In this document: in pieces, positions 26,261 to 39,649 of the stretch
How positions within the stretch are numbered: position 1 is the first letter of the stretch
How the letters are laid out: each line of letters starts with the position of its first letter
Assembly (NCBI GenBank): GCA_973895155.1
Contig: OZ316894.1
Coordinates: forward strand, 16,236,699 to 16,300,698
Direction of reading: 5' to 3'
From: Marsupella aquatica
Lineage: Eukaryota; Plantae; Marchantiophyta
Length of the DNA: 64,000 bases
Position numbers and translations under genes: made by a program
The notes under the pieces: model-generated
The model's database searches: none
The model's input: only the letters and a program-made list of their open reading frames with translations
What the model was told of the DNA's origin: nothing

Positions 26261-28151
26261 TATATTAAGGTCTCTAGAGAGGAAGCCCACTAGGCTGGCC
26301 AGATGAAGAGAAAACAGGGTTTACCGGGAGGGGGGGGGGAGAGGGCTGAGGACTACATCAACCCCCTCCATAAGCTGTTTTTTTTCCATCTTTTCGTCTT
26401 AATCTCTCATTCCCTGTTTCAGCAGCAAGATCTTGGGTAGGCACACCGCCCCACCCCCCTTTTTCCTGCTTACTGGCCTTCACATTTGTAATTTCCTCCT
26501 TTCCTTTATTTTCTTTCCTTTGCCATTTTAGTGAGTTGGTTCCTGGCATGAGTGCTTTTCTTGATTTCCCTCCTTTTATCTCTCCTTTTTTTCTGACCTT
26601 TTTAAGGATTCTTGTTCTTTGAATTTTTTCCCTTCTCTGCCAAGCACCTTTAGTCCATGTTGTCTTCCTCCTTTCCCCTTTCCGTTTGCTTTGCAGTCCT
26701 TCATGTTCTTTGTTCTTTCCTTAGACTTTTTTGTTTGGTTTTCTTCCTTTCACTTATTTTTTCCCCTCTCTCTAATTGACTTTTGTTTCTTTCCCTTTCG
26801 GCTTTTCGCCTGTCTATTTCTTGCTTTTACTTGTTTACCCGCTCTCTTTGGTTTTGACTCTTGTTCCTTTCCTGTTTGGGCTTTCCTCCTTCCATCTCTT
26901 TTGTCTTTTGTACCTCCTTATTCCTTCTCGGTCAGGGTCCTTGGTGTCCTTTCTATTCTTTTCGTTTCTTTTGTTTGGTTGGCCTTTTTCAGGAGGTGGC
27001 TGAGAGCAGGCAACCAAGGAGGAGGAGAGGGGTTCCAGTGGGGGTTCCAGTTGTATGAGTTATAGACGGTGGTCAAGTGACAAGGAAATATTGTGGTAGT
27101 GGTAGGAATTGGATTGACAGACGAGAGAGCCTCGTGCCAGTTGGGGCTGCGGGTGTCGTGGCTGCCCATGCAAGGGAATTCTTAGTCCTCTCTAGCATAC
27201 CCTCTCCTTAATTTTGCAATGAGAAGGTTTCAGCAACCATAAACTCTGTCCAATGATCAAACGGCCTTGGATGGAATCTTTAAATTCAATCGGAACCTCC
27301 TTCTCCTTGATCTTCTGGATGATTTTCTCACTCAAAAAACTCCAAGGGAACTCCAACAAGGTCTCACAACCCATCCTCTGCAAACAGTTCTTCAAAGCTG
27401 CCTCTCAAACTCATCTTCCAGAATTGCAGGTCTAAGGAATTTCATGGTAATTAAAACCTCCTTTTGCTTTGACCTCCTTACATTATCCTTGATTGGATTA
27501 GACATAGGCAATGTTGCTGTTGAAGTTGCCTTTGTGCTCTGGTGCTTGCCATTCCAATAACCATCTTGCCTTCTCACACTGTTAGAACAAATGTTCAGCT
27601 TTAGTCTCTGGCCCATAATAGCAGAGGATTGTGCAGGGTATCTCGGACAAGAAAAGGCAGATTTTGAAAGTGTATAGACTCAAAATTGATCACTTTCTCT
27701 TGATCAATGAACCTTTTCCTTCATGGACATAACTGATTCACTTCCTATGCTGCCCACAACTTTACTAACTCTCCAATATGAAAGTAACAAAGTAGTGCAA
27801 CTTCCAAATGATGTTAAGAGTAAGGGAAAAACTCATTGCTTTTTACGAAAAACCTCTGTAGCGGAAGCTTGACTTGACTTATGGTTTTATTACTTCAGTG
27901 GAGAGAGCTTATAGTATGGCACCCAACAAAAGTTTTGATTTGGTGGAAAGTGTCTTCCTATTTTGTCTACCTGAATTTCTGTCTTCTCTCTTAGCAACCT
28001 AGAAACAATCAAAATATTCATAATACAGTGGTGCTCTATGCCATAGAGGAAGACACATCATGACAATTGGCTCAAATTCTCAAGGCTGGACGGACCAGAG
28101 CAATTGGAAAGTGAAGGGGCTTCTAAAAATTCTGAGGGAATGAGGTGATTT

Positions 28152-28666
28152 ACTGGGATTTACTAGATTGCCACTCTTTTGTGGCATATACATACTGATT
28201 TTCTTCTATTTGTCACTATGCCACTGTTTTTGTTGTGGGTTAAGAAACTTAACCCAGGGTAGCTCTTTCATATCCAATGGCTGTCATCGCACCCAATTGT
28301 ATGATCAGATGGTCTGGCCTAGGTCTCCCTCCATGTGACTTTGACATTCTGAGGAAGACTGGGGCAAAGGCTATGCACAGGTTCAAGTTGGCATTAGACA
28401 GAGGCCAGCTGAGGATGACGAGACAGGACTACCCCACCCACCCCTTGGTCAGCTGACCCAAGGGTGGTCAAGGTCATCTTGAGGGAGACCCGGGCCATTT
28501 GATTAGGAAATTGGGTGCGATGATAGCCATTGGACATGAAGGAGCTAACCTAGGTTAGTTTACTTGACCCACAATCAAAAAAGAGTGACATTGTGATAAA
28601 CAAATAAAATTCAATGGCAAGATAAGTATCATGCAAAAGAAGAGTGGCAACCTAGTAAATCCCAGT
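28152..28666. repeat. Long imperfect inverted repeat (foldback/MITE), arms ~200 bp
   Basis: ACTGGGATTTACTAGATTGCCACTCTT / AAGAGTGGCAACCTAGTAAATCCCAGT at the ends; TCCAATGGCTGTCATCGCACCCAATT / AATTGGGTGCGATGATAGCCATTGGA internally. Confidence 0.85.
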
Positions 28667-29327
28667 TCCTCCATTTCATTCATCTTTCTACTTTGCTGGT
28701 CACCAAGGAACTCATTCTAAGAGTCATGGCTGGACTTGTTCATCACTTAGACGTGGAAGACTCTTTTTTTTCCCTGTCCATTGCTACATTTGCTTCTACT
28801 GGGGGCATCAATTATGGTTAAGGTATTTGATTACTCAACTTTGAACTTGGTAACTAGATGGAGCATGACCCTGAGCTGTTGTGTAACAGGAAACCAGTTG
28901 CCATGATGCATCAGAGTTTAGTTTCACAAATTTTGTTGTTCAATGTTTTTTGTATCCATCAAAACTTGTCAAACATTGTGGTTCATCTGGGGTTCTTCTC
29001 ACACCTTGAGTGAAGCTTTCGAGACCCCAAAGCGTGGCCCATTTGTACTACTCGGGCTTAAAAGCAATATTTAAAAAGTGGTCCATTCGGGTTGCAATTA
29101 TCCCTTGTCCATTCGAGTTTTTTATAAACATTGTGGTCCATCCGGGCTTTTTTTCTGCCCCAAATATATAGAAGTAACGAAAATAAAAGTAACCAATGAT
29201 TAAAATTATGATTAAATGATTCTTTATCACCCTGGCAACGACTATTGACCGAGTAGCGTAGGATAGGGGGCATGTGAGACAGAATCCGTCCCCACGGGTG
29301 GAAAGGAAAGCTCGCAAGTCGCAACCC

Positions 29328-29495
29328 ACCGACGTGTCCAACCTTTTACTGGGCCGTGGACAGGCGACCCTGCATGCCATGTCAGTGGCTAAAAGGGTGT
29401 AGTCCAGTCCAGGAAAATAAATTACCATTCGTCACCTGAGACCAGTCCCATTGGCCGTCACTGATATATACCCGTTAGGTGATGGTGTGACGTGG
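29328..29495 (+). promoter_or_regulatory. Putative SERINC promoter with DRE/ABRE/RY cluster
   Basis: ACCGAC (29328) overlapping ACGTGTC (29332); TGCATG (29371); TATATA (~29466); ACGTGG (29490); at the start of the CpG-rich genic block. Short motifs only, TSS unknown. Confidence 0.35.
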
Positions 29496-31007
29496 AAAGT
29501 GCCGTAGCCCACGGTTTGGGGGCCCCGCTACTGTTTACCGTCACTGTCTTACTCACGCTCTGTCCGTCGTCCGCACCATCGACAATCGACAATCGACAAT
29601 CCTGTTACGGGGAACACGACTACTCGACCTTCAACGCGAGACAGAGTTTTCGCTACTCTGGCGTCGACTTCCAACTGATTTTTCTTTGTTCGAGTGACAC
29701 GCCTCGTCTGTTTGATTCATGATTTCATGTCGATGTGAATAGGCATGAACGCCGAATTCTGACGGAATTCTGTGTGTGAGTTGACAGTGTCATTCTTCGT
29801 CCTTAAATAAATTTTGTGATACAATGTCTGTTCGTCGTTTGGTCATGGTTGAGGTACACATAACTTCTGGTGGTTTTTAACCTCGTTGTCCTTCGACAGC
29901 CATTAATTCAGATAGTCTTGTTTTCAGTGATTTCAAAAAACATCGCGTCAGTTGATGATGTTATTATTGTTGCTCCTCCCCTTGCAGTCGACGGTGAATT
30001 GGCGTGATGTTTGAACGGTGAATAATGGCGGCATTCTCTCTTTACGAGGTGACAATGCCAGCCCTGTCGTTTGTTTGCCATTGACCTAGATGTCAATTTT
30101 GTTGGTTAAGTGCTTGAAACTATTTCAGTTATATGGTGGTGTGGCGAGTCTGGTCAAGCCTAACCTGGCATAGTCAAGGGTTACACAAGCAGTAGACTTA
30201 TTTTTTAATCAATGCGTGTAAGGAATTGGTGCTTGTTGTAACTGCCTGGCTAATGTTTGGGCTTTTGGTTTGAAAGTAGTACATTACGTAAATGTACGCT
30301 GAGCTGTATGGTATTTGAAATTCTGATGGTTTCCAAGGAAGCCTGTGGTCATTCTCTGAGCGCCTGCAGGCAAGTAGCCAATGTTCTCATGGTTGTTTGT
30401 GAGGTGACTCGAGCTATCCTATTTTCTTCTGCGAGGGCGGACTGAGCAACAACATTGAGAGACCAGATGCTAATCCATATCGGGATGTTGTTCTCACAAT
30501 GCAGCGATGACTGCCGATCCCAGGAGGAGTTATGGAGGGAAGACGCCGCTTACCCTTGGACGTCACAGGCAGGTCGATGACCTTACGTCTCAGAAGACAA
30601 ACGACAGCGGAATTGTTTCTAAGGTAGTACGGGGTTATGATTTCGAAGCAGAAGTTAGGTCGGATCTTAGACATTTTGGGGACTCAATTACGACTCAATT
30701 GCGTGCAGGATGTCTGCACGGCGCAAAGGATTAAGCTCTTGTGACGGTGTTCGATATCCCCAAACCGAAGCAAGCCTTGCTGTTCAAATGATTTTGGCGT
30801 TTGTTGGAATTCCTTCTCAGAATGTCTGTCTCGAATGCTTCTTTCATCAGAAACGTCCGACACGCATTTGACTGACATTGTGTTCCGCTCTCGCTAACAT
30901 CATAATTCTGTTCTCCGTTTGTTGCAGTGAAATCCCGAGATACTACATCCTGCCCTGAATCGGACAGTGCGTGAGGTTTTCGGGCGTTCCCTCTCACAGT
31001 GTTACCC

Positions 31008-34000
31008 ATGGCTCTGTGTTCACAAGAGTCCTGCGTTTGTCGGTCTTGCGCTGGACCAGGCAGCTTGACTGCGCGCTACATCTACGGCGTTATCTTTCTC
31101 CTTACAACGATCATCGCATGGATGGTGCGAGACTACAGTTATCGTGCTCTCAATGGTCTTTATGGTCAGTGTTCGACAACCCGTGCTGAATTGAAAGATG
31201 AGAGTCTAGTGGACAGGTTTTTTCAAGCAACCTTGTGGCCTTTCATTTCGGCAGTTGGATGCAATATGTGATCTGCTGTCAGTCTAGTTTGAACCTCGTT
31301 TCATATCATAAGTCGCGAGTACAGATGCGAGAGACCCGACATCACGCCAGACTAATTCACACAGAAAGGGCCGGTGATGACATTTCTCTATCATCAGATT
31401 CAGAAATTTCCCTAGAGATCGTCATTCACTGATCGTTGGGCAAGTGAATATGCAACAGGGCCGTCCACATTTTCTAAGCTTGGGTGGTGTCTCTGACCCA
31501 CAAGCGAAGAAGTAATGGAATAATGTTCATATTAGACCTAATTATCATATCGTCATAACAACGAACCGAGACATTAAATTTTGTTTGAGCTAATCCAAAT
31601 TAAAGATGTCTATCCTTGGTCTTTAAGAGTCAGTTCTTAGTACGCTGAAAGTAGCATTGGTTAATATTCAGGTTTCCCCTGCATACCCCGTGCGACAGAG
31701 TAGAATGACATCTACGTTTCCAGTAATTGTGTACATCATTTGATTCTATGCGCAATTTGTTTGCAGCTCTGAATGGATGTCACGGAGAGCATAACTGTCT
31801 GGGCACTGAGGGCGTGCTGCGTATCAGTTTGGGTTGCTTCACATTCTTTTTCACTATGTATCTTACAACTGCGGGTACCAAAGACTCGAATGACCCCAGA
31901 GATTCCTGGCATTCTGGCTGGTGGCCACTCAAAAGTCTAATATGGGTGTTTACAATTGTACTCCCGTTCTTCCTTCCGTCTGCCCTCATTCAGGTCTACG
32001 GTGAGATGGCAAGGTTTGGTGCTGGGTAAGTTTCGGATGTCCGGAGACGTGTTTGAACTGTTGGAAATTTACCTTGGCTCCTTTTCTTATCGGTCTTGGG
32101 TTCGGTATGGGCTATCATATCATAGCTTCATTGTTTATCTCATATTGAGCAAGAGAGCTCTCGCCACGGCAATGAGTTTGTCAGTAGTGCAAGACAATTT
32201 TTCTACCTCGTAACTTGAGTTACAATCTCTTGTGTTGAATGCCTCGACAGGATTTTTTTGGTTATCCAGCTCCTTAGCGTGATCAATTTCGTATTCTGGT
32301 GGAACGACAAATGGCTCTCAGAGAAAAACGTCCGGCGCTTGTAAATGAAAAATATTACAACTTTCCCCTGAGTCCTTGATGGATCTTCCAGGTTTAAATG
32401 TCTTGGCTCCATACATTGCAAGAAGATTGCGAATTCCAAAAGCGTATAGAATTAGCACTGACTATCCCTGACATAAATCTGGCAGGCAATGGGCTATTGT
32501 GGCGGTGTCTGTCCTCGCCTATGCCTCCTCGCTTGCCGGTCTTATCATTATGTATATCTGGTTCGCACCGGCAGCATCTTGTAGTCTCAACATTTTCTTT
32601 ATAACGTGGACACTTATACTCATCCTCGTTTTCACAATCATCTCCCTGCATTCAAGGGTACGTCAAGTCACAAAGATCAAAACTTTTGAGCTGGACGCAG
32701 TACAATGTTTTTTGTGTACGAGTGCCTGAGCAGTTACCGTCATGTTTTCATGTTGTTCGTGAGCTCCCATTCAATATCTTAAACACAGCAACTGCTTACG
32801 TCTTACAGGTCAATGCCGGGCTTCTTACCTCGGGAGTTGTAGCCCTGTATGTCGTCTTTCTCTGCTGGTCCGCTATAATGAGGTTGGAGACCTTTGTATA
32901 ATTTATTTTACTTCGTCATTCACGTTTAAGGAAATTCATTGCTTCTTGTCCTGGCCGAGTTTAGTTAAATGTGGTATTATTTATCTATCAGACTTCGTCA
33001 TAGCCGTTGGACTTCTGAGATACTAGTAGTGAACAGTGGCACACATTCAGTGACGTTTGCGTTGGCCGTATTTGTCGCAGTGAGCCGGCTGCAGTGACTT
33101 GCAACACTAGGCGCAGGCAAGGTGGACACGCAGATTGGATTACCATCGTGGTATTTATCCTGGCTTAGGCTCCTCTAAAACACTACCAACTTTACCTGTC
33201 CGTCTGTACACTTTTGTTTGATACCAAGTCTGGTGCTGTTTCACTGATCGGACGTTACTGAAACATTTCTATTTGCGCAGAGTTTCCTGTTAGGTTTCTC
33301 TGCCATTATCATGTCAACATTCTCCACGGGCATAGATTCCAAGTCATTCTCTGTAAGTTCACCTACGCAGTTGTGAGTTTTGAGTTCCATTCGAACTGAC
33401 TGTCGTCGTCGAGCTTCCTTCTGTTGGTCCACTTCGAAAGCGGGCATGGTTTGGATGCAATAAACACGGAAAGTACGGAGTGCTATCAATTGATGATGCC
33501 ATGAACGGCAACGTACCGGTTTAGTTGGGGTTTAGGGTCTAACGTGTAGTTCGTTGTGCTCAGTTACATGTCCACCGAAAGGAATTCTAATTTATTCGAC
33601 CTCATAACACGCTCGCTCGTTGTATCGCTTGCAGATGAAAAGTGAGGATGGCCAATCGGACGATAACGTGCCCTACGGCTATGGATTCTTTCACTTTGTA
33701 TTTGCGATGGGAGCCATGTACTTTGCCATGCTCTTCGTGGGGTGGAATCTTCATCAAACAGCCCACAAGTAAGGCGATTTCTTTAAGTAATTCCTTTGCC
33801 TTGTGACCTGCTACTCCTGCTACTACAGGGTCCCCGCTTCCGGCTGCAAATTTTGTATCAAACAATTCGATGTCTCATGAACTCTTGCCCGTAAAGCCAT
33901 AATTGCTACCTGGGTCGTTAACTCGTTCCGAAGCTCCCTACTGTGATCAGGTGGAGTATTGACATCGGCTGGGCCAGCGTTTGGGTGAAAATTGTCAACG

Positions 34001-34206
34001 AATGGCTCACAGCTTTGGTGTACAGTAAGTCTTACCTCCCTGGTCTCGCTCACCTCGTCCAAAGGAATCGAAGATCTTTGAACCATTTGTAATTATGCAA
34101 ATTTCAAGCGACAATGCAGCCGTGCAGCAACCGACTAACATCCCTGCTTGTTCGCCCAGGTTGGTGTATGGTGGGACCATTTATCCTGCGAGATCGAGAA
34201 TTCTGA
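31008..34206 (+). CDS. SERINC: Serine incorporator (SERINC/TMS membrane protein), 10 exons, ~382 aa
   Basis: Exons 31008-31164, 31767-32025, 32251-32340, 32486-32657, 32809-32882, 33081-33150, 33281-33352, 33635-33768, 33951-34024, 34160-34206; all GT-AG, 1149 nt in frame. Motifs ARYIYGVIFL, CLGTEGVLRISLG, RDSWHSGWW, YGYGFFHFVFAMGAMYFAMLFVGW, WSIDIGWASVWVKIVNEW and the terminal PFILRDREF are typical of SERINC. Confidence 0.95.
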
Positions 34207-35339
34207 GCTTGACGGATAGGATTGTTCTAATGATCAACCCTTTCCTCCTGTTACTTTTGCACTTTTCTTACCCGTTCCTGTGGCCCCAGCGAGAGTAGCC
34301 CATGCGTAAAGGCGGCCTTGGCAAGACCACACCGCCAAACGAGGCTCTAAGCTAGATACTGTACAGTGACCGTTTCCCAAATTCAATTCTTTAATCTTCC
34401 TATCCTTATTGGGTTCCCCCATGCGTGACAATCTACGGCAAAAGCCAGTTGAATTTGAATTTGCAGTTTGACACACTGTCATTGTGGGACCAAGTTCCGG
34501 TTTTGCAATCTTAAGTTCCGGTTTTGCAATCTTTGAAGTATTCCTTCTGTTCTAAATTTTGGTGGCCAAATTCCAAGTCTTCGTAAACATTAGGAAGAAT
34601 TGTACGTGGTAGCAGTTTTCTTACTTCATTCTGCATCGAAAATGAATTGACCTGGTTCTCTCGGCGTCCAGTGAAAAGCCGGCACGACGAACTGAAGGAG
34701 CGCGCTCGACCCGTACTGGAGGAGGACGGCTCCACGAGCCTCGAAAACTTGCAGACTTTATGCTCGGCAATCACAATGGAGGGAACCAAATGTTAGCATG
34801 ACCCTTAGAAGTCAACTCGGCCAGAGCTTGACCTCGGAGTCGCGGACCATTTTGCTTAGGTGCTGATAGTGACTTTGCCTTGCCCCCCAGACTTCGACGT
34901 GTTCCTCCAGAGTAATCGCTCTAGCCTGTCCCCGTCTCCTTCACTCGCTCAACGACACCGTTCATTTGGTTAGATTTTATGTTGGCATCCATTCCTTTGG
35001 CTAGATTTTATGGAGGCTTGCTTCCTCGGTGAACCCCACCGCTCATGTACGTAATGATTTTGTTGAGAAAACTCATTGAGGCAATATAGCGTGGCAACAT
35101 TTTTCGCCGCAATCTAGGGATCAACTGTTTTATTCATACAAGACGCATATATGCCGACCATATCTAAAGCCACCACAACTATCGCGTCTGATGTGACAGA
35201 TGTCCAACTGTTTTATGTCTTGGCCTCGACTCCTGTTCATGTAGCGGTGACTTACTTTTTCCTTCCATGGAGTGTTTTCTTGACAGATGTTTAACTGTTT
35301 CATGTTTTGGCCTCTGATTCAGTTTCATGACCGAGGCTC

Positions 35340-35820
35340 AACAGGGGGACAAACGCAGGCACCCAGACCATGACCAGGAGGGAGAGATGGTTGAACCAGG
35401 GCTCTAGAGCATTTGACCCTATGTAAGGAAGCCACAAGGGACCCAGACCACAGGAGGGAGAGAGGGTTGAGTCAGGGCCCAAGGGACAATACCCAAGGAT
35501 CCGACAGGGACCTAAACCAGGAGGGAGAGAGGGTTGAACCGGGCTCCCAAAGTGGACCAGCCACCTAGTGACCCCAACCAGGAGGGAGAGAAGGTTGAAC
35601 CAGGGGACAATACCAAAGGATCCAAGAGGGAACCAGACCAGGAGGGAGAGGGGGTTTCCAGGGCCCCAAAGTGGACCAGCCAGGGAGGAGAAACCAGTAC
35701 TCGTCAACAATCATTATTATCTACACATACACACACATACCCTCCACACCCCTTGCATGTGGAGGGGGATTGAACCAGAACCTCTTGGTTCTAGGTTAAT
35801 CCCTTGGCCAACTGATCTCG
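35340..35820 (-). mobile_element. tRNA-derived SINE-like element with ~60-bp degenerate tandem repeats
   Basis: On the - strand the head reads AGATCAGTTGGCCAAG...GGTTCAATCCCC (A/B-box-like). Repeated CCAGGAGGGAGAGA..GTTGAACC units at 35340-35690. Related copies at ~672-1220 (+) and ~36120-36745 (-). Confidence 0.55.
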
Positions 35821-36119
35821 GTTCCTTTTTGTTCATGCAGGAGCACTATCACTTTTAGTGCATGGGAGTGTTTTCCTGGTGAGGATTGAACTAAAGTGTC
35901 CACCTCTGCATTTCTCACTTCCCATCTCTGTGGATTTTCTAATATTATTAAAATATTAATAAAATTACCCTGGGATAGTAATTATATGCAACGAGATGCA
36001 TGCAAGTATTAATTTGTGCACCACAAAAATCCCATATAAAATAGTTCCTTTTGTGTCTTGAAAGGAAAGGAAATGAGGAAGAATACTTACTAGACTCTCC
36101 GGCCCCAATAGCATCATAC

Positions 36120-36745
36120 ATTCATTGTAGGGAACAGTCTCAGGGTGAGTCCTGATGGATCCAATTATAGTAACATATGTTCATTGCAGGGAACCCATTT
36201 CAGGGTGAGCTCCAATAGATCCAATAGGGATTGCACCAGGAGGGAGAGAGTATTAAATTAGGGTCACAAAGTGGGCAACCAGGGACCAAGGAGATAATGA
36301 GAACTCCCATCCACTACCCACAAAACCTGTCCCACCCACACACATATACCCTGCTCACCCTTGTATGTGTAGGGGGATTGAACCTGGGACATCTGAGTTC
36401 TAAGCCCCCGGGTCCTCACTTATTTTCTTCCTACCCATCCCACACGAAGAAAATAGGGGTTTTTTAATTCAATTGCCGGGAACACTTTAATTTATTTTTT
36501 GAAGAATATAGGGGTGTTTTAATCCAATTTTGAGAATTATAATAATTGTAAGGGTTTTGCATACCAAATGTGGGAAATATTCCATAAAGTTAGGGGTTAA
36601 AGAATAGTAAAACTCTATTTTAAATTCATAAGTTTTAGGGTGATTATTACTTGAAAACTTTGCGCATAACATGGGACCTCCCTTGGAGTCAGGCCCCCAA
36701 GTTCCAAGCTAATCCCCTAGCTAACTGAACTAAGCTATTTGGCTC
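36120..36745 (-). mobile_element. SINE-like copy interrupted by MITE
   Basis: Shares atgtgtgtgggtg...gggtagtggatgggagtt...ccctggttg.ccactttgtg with 735-816; B-box-like GGTTCAATCC at ~36375-36384. Confidence 0.55.
36406..36699. mobile_element. Related MITE inserted in a SINE head
   Basis: Flanks AGTTCTAAGC / AGTTCCAAGC (10-bp TSD, 1 mismatch); AT-rich core resembling the 827 and 6097 copies. Confidence 0.65.
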
Positions 36746-36880
36746 ATTAATCTTTTTTTACTTGACCCAACATTGCCCTATGTTAGGTACAACCACCTTG
36801 AAAACCTGGTATAAGGAGACTAGCCTTATCCCCCGATTTGAGCTGACGGGCAAGTTTATGTGTTGCCTGACAAGTAAACT

Positions 36881-38060
36881 TGTCACATTACGGCTCCCAA
36901 AGGGGCCAAATGACACATATTCCTATTTATTCCCCGGCCAGTCCCAAATTCTCCCTAACCCCTTCCCAGGCCGGTCCTGGGCTTCCCCGGACTCTCCCGG
37001 TTTTGCGAGCCAGTCCCCCAGTTTGGGGTTGGGTCGGGTTGGGTCGAATCCAGGGTGTTGTGCAAATACACATCGTCATACAACATACATTGCTGGCATA
37101 CCAATACATAACATACACAAGAACATACACAAATACAAGTGTACCACAACTAAGTGAAATCCGTGAAAGACATACTATCATAAGACACATATAGAACACA
37201 AGCACTCGAGCCAAACCCACTCCACTATGGAGAATCCAGGTTGAAGCTAAAGGGGCACCATAACCAAGGAGCTCCACTCACTACAAAGGCTCTCCTAGGG
37301 CCAAAGGCTCAACTCAACAAACTAACTGTTCTTTGAGCACACTCCACACCATACCCTCCAACCCAAGGGCGGGTCCTACCAGAGGCACTAAATAAGGCAT
37401 GGACCCCACTAGCACACTAAGTACTACAACGACACACACATATATGGTCATGACAGGGGATTAAGGTTTGGGGTCGAGACCAGACGGGGTTGGGGACCAG
37501 GCAGGGCCAGGATGGGGTTGGGTCGGGCCGGGGTTGGGGCTGGGCTGGGACCGATGGTCGAGACAACCGAGTGTCCGGAGTGATGGGGTCCAGACCGTGA
37601 TTTGCTCATCAAGGCCAAACCAAGGGACACTGTAAGAATAAATTGTAAGATACAGTCGGCTCCAGACTAGACAACAATGCGGAAACATGAGAGAGACACT
37701 CAATCAGATGCTACACCGACGAGACACCCCGAGTGGAGAAACTTTTGAAGGCTCCATAGCAAATGAAAGTACATGTGAAGAATGAGGGAGAGAATGTTCT
37801 CCCTCAAACCTATACCCCCCAAGGGAGACTTAGATGTGTGAGCCTAAACTAAATGGATTTTATCCTAATGTAATCCAGGGTTAGCTAACCCTAGTAAGGC
37901 CAAACTAACTAAGTCACAAACTCGAGTCAATTCCTAATATAAATGACTACCACAAGTCATTCAAATACTTATTGAGTGGCAAGACAGATCACCTGAGTTT
38001 TAGAATTGACTCAAGTGAATGGAAATCATAATTGAGTCATACCCTAGTCCTTAGTGCTGT
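36881..38060. mobile_element. LTR-retrotransposon-like non-coding remnant(s)
   Basis: TGTCA (36881)...TGACA (37455) boundaries with internal GGGTTGGGTCGGG duplication; degenerate PBS-like GCTCCATAGCA at ~37751; no TSD found. Confidence 0.3.
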
Positions 38061-39276
38061 CATTTTGGGGGGTCTTTTGTACTAGTGGATTGATAGTCTG
38101 TGAATTGTTAAGAACCTCCAGGAGAGGTGCTTTCCACCCTGGGTCCGCTTGCAGCCGTGTCCACATTGTCCTCTACGTTTGTGGCAATACACAAACATGA
38201 TTGTGTCTGGTTGACTTGAGGCCAACAAACATGACTAGCAGGAATCGCCCAAAACAAAACAAAAATGGCTGTAAGAACAAACAATGGGGGGAAAATAGCC
38301 AAACAAGCCAAACATGATTGTGTCTGTTGGGCTTGAAGCCACCAAACACTGTTAGACTGTGAAACCCTAAAAAATGCCTGTAACAACAAACAACAAGGTA
38401 TAAAAAAGAACTGTACAAATAAGCCATCAAATATCTGAAATTTATTAATTGGATCAGATGTTGAGATTGAACGTGACAGTGCCTTGATGATTTGGTGGCT
38501 TTGAATGGATCACAAGTGCAAGGCTGTGGAAGAGGTCAAAGATACCTTTGTTTGCAACATACTAAAACCACTATGAGTTAGTGCACGACATGAATCATCA
38601 CTGGACCAATAAAGGATAAGAATATAATGAGCTCCATATACGAGCTACTACAATTTTTTTCAATGGATATATGTTGCACAAAATTTTTGCCACTGCTTAT
38701 GGCTCGAGTAATTTTTGCCAAAATGCTCAGATATACTTTTGAACCTGGATGGACTGCAGTGAAACCTCTTTTTCTGCTCATATAATACATATTACATGAG
38801 AAATGTGGCATGAAAACCAGGTACTCATATTGGAAATTTTTAGTTCTCTCAATGAAATTTGGCAACAATAGTTTCATGGGGAAGATCTGGAATGAACCCC
38901 GAAAAACTCAGACTCCGTTGTATACAGAGGGAGAACGTCAAAAGTTAGCAGCTCAAAAAAATTTGGAAGTGCAAAATATTGAAATTCACAACTCTCTCAA
39001 TTACACATGTAAACTAGAGGTACAATACTGGCTTCTTACAAGTGCAAAGAAGAGTCAATTGGGTTCGATACCAAGGTAGATCCTGACTATCAAACTTTGC
39101 TATTGAAATTTGAAAGGTGTCAATCAGTGAAGTGTGAAAGGTGTCATGGTCCATTGGAGTTGCATGGTTCACTGGTCAGCCCATGGGAGCATCAATTTAT
39201 AGAGAGTACACCCAGGTTGGGAATATTCACATTTCTAGCCTCCCCACAGTACATATTGCATGCCCAGGTATATGCG

Positions 39277-39338
39277 CCTTGTGAGGTTCCATTGGTTAAA
39301 ATCTGCCCTTGTGAGGTTCCATTGGTTAAAATCTGCCC
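39277..39338. repeat. 31-bp tandem duplication
   Basis: CCTTGTGAGGTTCCATTGGTTAAAATCTGCC x2. Confidence 0.9.
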
Positions 39339-39649
39339 ATGTGAGTTTCGAAGGTGACACAATATCTAGCCACGCCCAATCGAGGCACTGCATTTCTCCT
39401 GCCAGTCAGCAGGTGGTCTTGAGCTCCAGACCTGGACAGAACCAAGTGGCCAAGGGCAATACAAAAAACAGTGTGCCTTGCCGTTTGACCCTACTCTAGG
39501 GAAGCAATTCCCCCCCCCCCCTAAATTGTGCAAGCCACCAACAGATTGCATCTTATTACAATAGGATTACAGGACTATACCTCATTGCCATTGGTGCAAG
39601 CCTTAATCCTACCGTCCCTACAGCCACCTAAAGGCAAAAATCTAAGACC

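Noticed and set aside
26619-27065. 148-aa hydrophobic ORF
   Set aside because: T/C-rich low-complexity TE-like sequence mimicking transmembrane segments; TTG start.
34670-34800. DGSTSLENLQTLC resembling an HNH endonuclease motif
   Set aside because: Lacks the catalytic DH and terminal N/H residues; no ATG or clear exon context.
35340-35690. Spaced repeats superficially like a CRISPR array
   Set aside because: Degenerate units with related spacers, eukaryotic SINE context, no cas genes.
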